A stretch of 63,530 nucleotides of DNA, filler included, from Sphacelaria rigidula (lineage: Eukaryota), in assembly GCA_964200075.2 (NCBI GenBank). It is 9 parts of 9 records of this genome, joined end to end, with 100 filler letters (N's around TTAATTAATTAA, not from the genome) between each part and the next. Parts side by side here need not be neighbours in the genome. Positions count along the whole stretch, not along the records: positions 56,562 to 63,530 come from CAXNAA020017147.1; 8 more parts are not named here. One strand, 5' to 3'. Position 1 is the stretch's first letter. Every line of letters starts with the position of its first letter. Positions 60,728 to 63,530 of this stretch are shown here, piece after piece. Below the pieces are notes generated by a model that did no database searches, was not told the DNA's origin, and saw nothing but the letters and a program-made list of their open reading frames with translations. Both the position numbers and the translations under genes were made by a program.

Positions 60728-62502
60728 GAGTGTTTCTTGTATAACCATACCGTTCTCTATTCTGTGAAAAAGACGCACATACATGTACTCTGCATCTCGA
60801 AGTTTTTAGGTGATGTTTCACGATGTCCTCTCCGTGAGCTAGTCGCTCGTGCTTGCTTCAGCGAGGTGTTATCCGGTGTTGATCGTGCTGCCTCTATCTA
60901 GCATTGTGGACGGCGCCTTTTGAGAAGCCACCAGTGTTTGATGGAACAACTCAGTTATTCAAGTCCCCTTTTCTACCTGACTACTGACGAAGCAAATATC
61001 AATGATGCACGCGTTGCGCGACCGAATATCAATTTGTGCGCGCAGAATGCAGGGTGTTGGAGGGCGTACGCGTATGAGAACCACGGGCGTCGCTCGCGGT
61101 CACCGCGGGCCAAGAAACAGGGCGTAGTGTGCAGTTACGGCCACAACTGTGGAGGAATTCATGTTACATCAAATTGGTGTTATGACGGACCAGCAGTGTA
61201 TCGTACAAATGCCGTGCGTTCGATGGTTGTTCGGGCGTTCTTTGTGCACGAAGTACTGTAATCTTCGAAGAATCCCGAAACGTCGAAGACGGCACGAACA
61301 GCAGTGAAGCGTGTCGCTCGTTTCTTCATTTGTCGCCGTCCGGTTTCTGGATCTTGAGGTCAAAACTGTGAAGTCTTTTGTGCGTGCGTTTTTACGGCTG
61401 GGGCGGCTTGTGGAGATCCTGTTTCACAATCGTATGTTGAGCTGTGGTGATCCGCTGGACTCTGGTTTTCCAACGTGTGGGCACTCGTCTGCTTTGGGGG
61501 CGTGGGGAGGGGGCAGCAAATGATAGCCATAGTCTGTATACGTTCGACTGCTGCTCGCAGGAGAACGAGGCTCGACCCATGTGTGCTGCGCGTGCGAGGG
61601 GGGGCGGAGAGGCTGGAGGGGATGGCAATAGTTGAAAAAATGGGACCATACGTTGTACATTTGGTCATTATTTTTTCATCTCATTTTTGCTGTTATTATC
61701 TTATCTCTTTGTGTTGTGTTTTTCCTGGTACCATCGGAGGCGTGGGGGAGTAGGGTTGGTGGGGATGAAATGAGTAATTTACACGTACCATTGCGGTATG
61801 CGCAGGTGTCAAACAATTCAGACATTTGGGGGATAACATCAAATTTGTTTCAAATAAGGGGGTTAGGGAATGGGAATAATGGGAACAGGCCTGATCAACT
61901 TCTATTCTTTGGCTTTCATTGCTGCCTTTTCTTCATCTTCCGGCTTCGGCCGCAGTAATACTCGGGAGTGTTTTCGTGAGACGCTGTACGCGCAAATCGG
62001 CTTCGGGTCACTCTACGGTCGGTGCTTTCGGCGGTTGAGTAATATGCCGAGATATACCGATATATCTGACCGATACGATGTATCGTCTCATATCGGCTTT
62101 TGGGACTAATGTATCGACCGTGTGCCGCCACTGACTACATTTTACGATACATGTGGTGTGAGTGGTGGGCGGTACCCTACAGTACTACACAGCAGGTCTT
62201 CGTAAACGATATATCTGCAGCCCCCATAGGGTCAGGGTCTGGTGACTCACGGCCCGATGACGTCCAGCATGTTGGCCCCGTGGACCTCCACAGCTGTGAA
62301 TGTGTGTGCTCGCATGCTCCGCTGCGATTGTTCGGATACGTTGATATCTACACTAGAGTACCAGGCGTAGACCGCCAATGGTCCGTAATCGAAGTAACTG
62401 CGGAAAACGTTCAGTTTCTGCGGTAGTTTCCGGGAGATATGAAGGGAAGAACGTTTCACACGTCGGACAACTCATCTCATATAACTCATTTTCGTACAAA
62501 CC

Positions 62503-62622
62503 AGCTGTTGAGATATACTGTATAACTCAGCGGTATCTATTTCCACCGGCAGAGCTATATTGTATCACTCAGCGGGATCATTTTTCTACCCGCTGAGTTA
62601 AATGGTATAACCCAACGGTACC
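62503..62622. repeat. Three ~42-bp tandem units
   Basis: gagatatactgtataactcagcgg / gagctatattgtatcactcagcgg / gagttaaatggtataacccaacgg. Confidence 0.75.
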
Positions 62623-62989
62623 TTCCCCCACTGGATGGGTCATATCAAAGAACCGAGTCAACTCATGAGTTGTTCGACGTGTGGAACGCCTCAAGGTGCA
62701 GTATCCACTATTCTTGATGCTGAAGAGCAAATCGCCGCGGCGACCTGTTCGCTTCGTAAAACGAATGGAAAACACAGTGGCCAAGAGCTCGGAGGGGAAG
62801 TGTTTATGGGGAAACCGTGAGAAAAAAACGACACTAAGAGTGGCCAAGCCACAACAAGTCGAGTGGACACGGATATGTTTCGCCCAGGAGCAGATCGAGA
62901 AAAGAATAGTACAGAAAGTATTCGTGGTATCGGTGACCTGTCTCACTGATGATCACCGTCTCTCCTTTCCGACGCCACCGCTCAAGGAC

Positions 62990-63510
62990 ACGAAGCCCAG
63001 ATCGCTGGGTACCACTCCCGTTGTATCCTACCGCTTAGCCGGGGCGCAGCGTATGAGGATCATGCCCGTGTTGTACGAATGCCCATGGAAGCTGGGGTCG
63101 ACGCAAGTCTTCAACACCGGGGCCACAATTCCGCACTTAGTCTGGCCATCGAGGGCATATGGACGGATAACGCATCGAGAGTCGTATGAACGATGATCGA
63201 GCTCGGGGTGGATGTCAATGCTGCTGACTGGTAGAGGTTTACGCCATATCATTGGGCCACGATCGATGTGCTCATCTTGGCCGGGGCCAATATCGAAGCT
63301 CGGGAAGTAGGAGGCAGTATATTTCTCAATTGTGCGCACGACTTGGAAAAGATTTGCGCCCTCGTGGACCGCCGTGCAGACGTCAATACACAGGGCGAGG
63401 ACGGTCATAAGCCTTTGCATAATGCCGTACATGATCCAGACGATCAGCAGCACTCCATCAACACGGACATCGTCGAGGTTGTGGACTTCTTTCTTACTGA
63501 AGAGCAATGA
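62990..63510 (+). pseudogene. Degraded intronless ankyrin-repeat gene
   Basis: MIELGVDVNAADW*RFTPYHWA, DVLILAGANIEARE, ALVDRRADVNTQGEDGHKPLHNAV..VEVVDFFL, with stops and frameshifts. The left boundary is approximate. Confidence 0.8.
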
Positions 63511-63530
63511 TAGGGGGGGGGGGGTGGCGT

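Overview
This window is not one locus. It is nine unrelated contigs (6971, 6971, 6971, 6970, 6970, 6970, 6969, 6969 and 6969 bp, i.e. length-sorted) joined by artificial 100-nt spacers (44 N + TTAATTAATTAA + 44 N), so nothing can be inferred across spacers. The DNA is eukaryotic nuclear, intron- and transposon-rich, and most consistent with a brown alga (inferred from the ochrophyte-type D1 sequence, an Ectocarpus-style TPR exon and the repeat types). Recognisable content: a ~545-bp decaying plastid psbA insertion (NUPT) abutting a LINE fragment; a terminal TPR exon; two degraded Ty1/copia elements (one with nested insertions, one lacking the integrase core); a probable Ty3/gypsy LTR+gag; a degraded near-full-length RTE-like LINE plus LINE fragments; tRNA-headed SINEs; a ~300-bp dispersed repeat in 6 of 9 contigs; several MITE-like inverted repeats and minisatellites. 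Spliced host genes missed by the ORF track were rebuilt by hand: a 7-exon NOXRED1/P5CR-like oxidoreductase, a 6-exon PH-domain protein, an ABCG transporter exon, and a symmetric phase-1 cystine-knot-like exon. A degraded intronless ankyrin gene ends the window. I found no convincing novel multi-gene system. The best leads are the modular exons, the TGT...ACA element with a 5-bp target-site duplication, and the G-tract-associated repeat. All family assignments come from motif recognition, not database searches.
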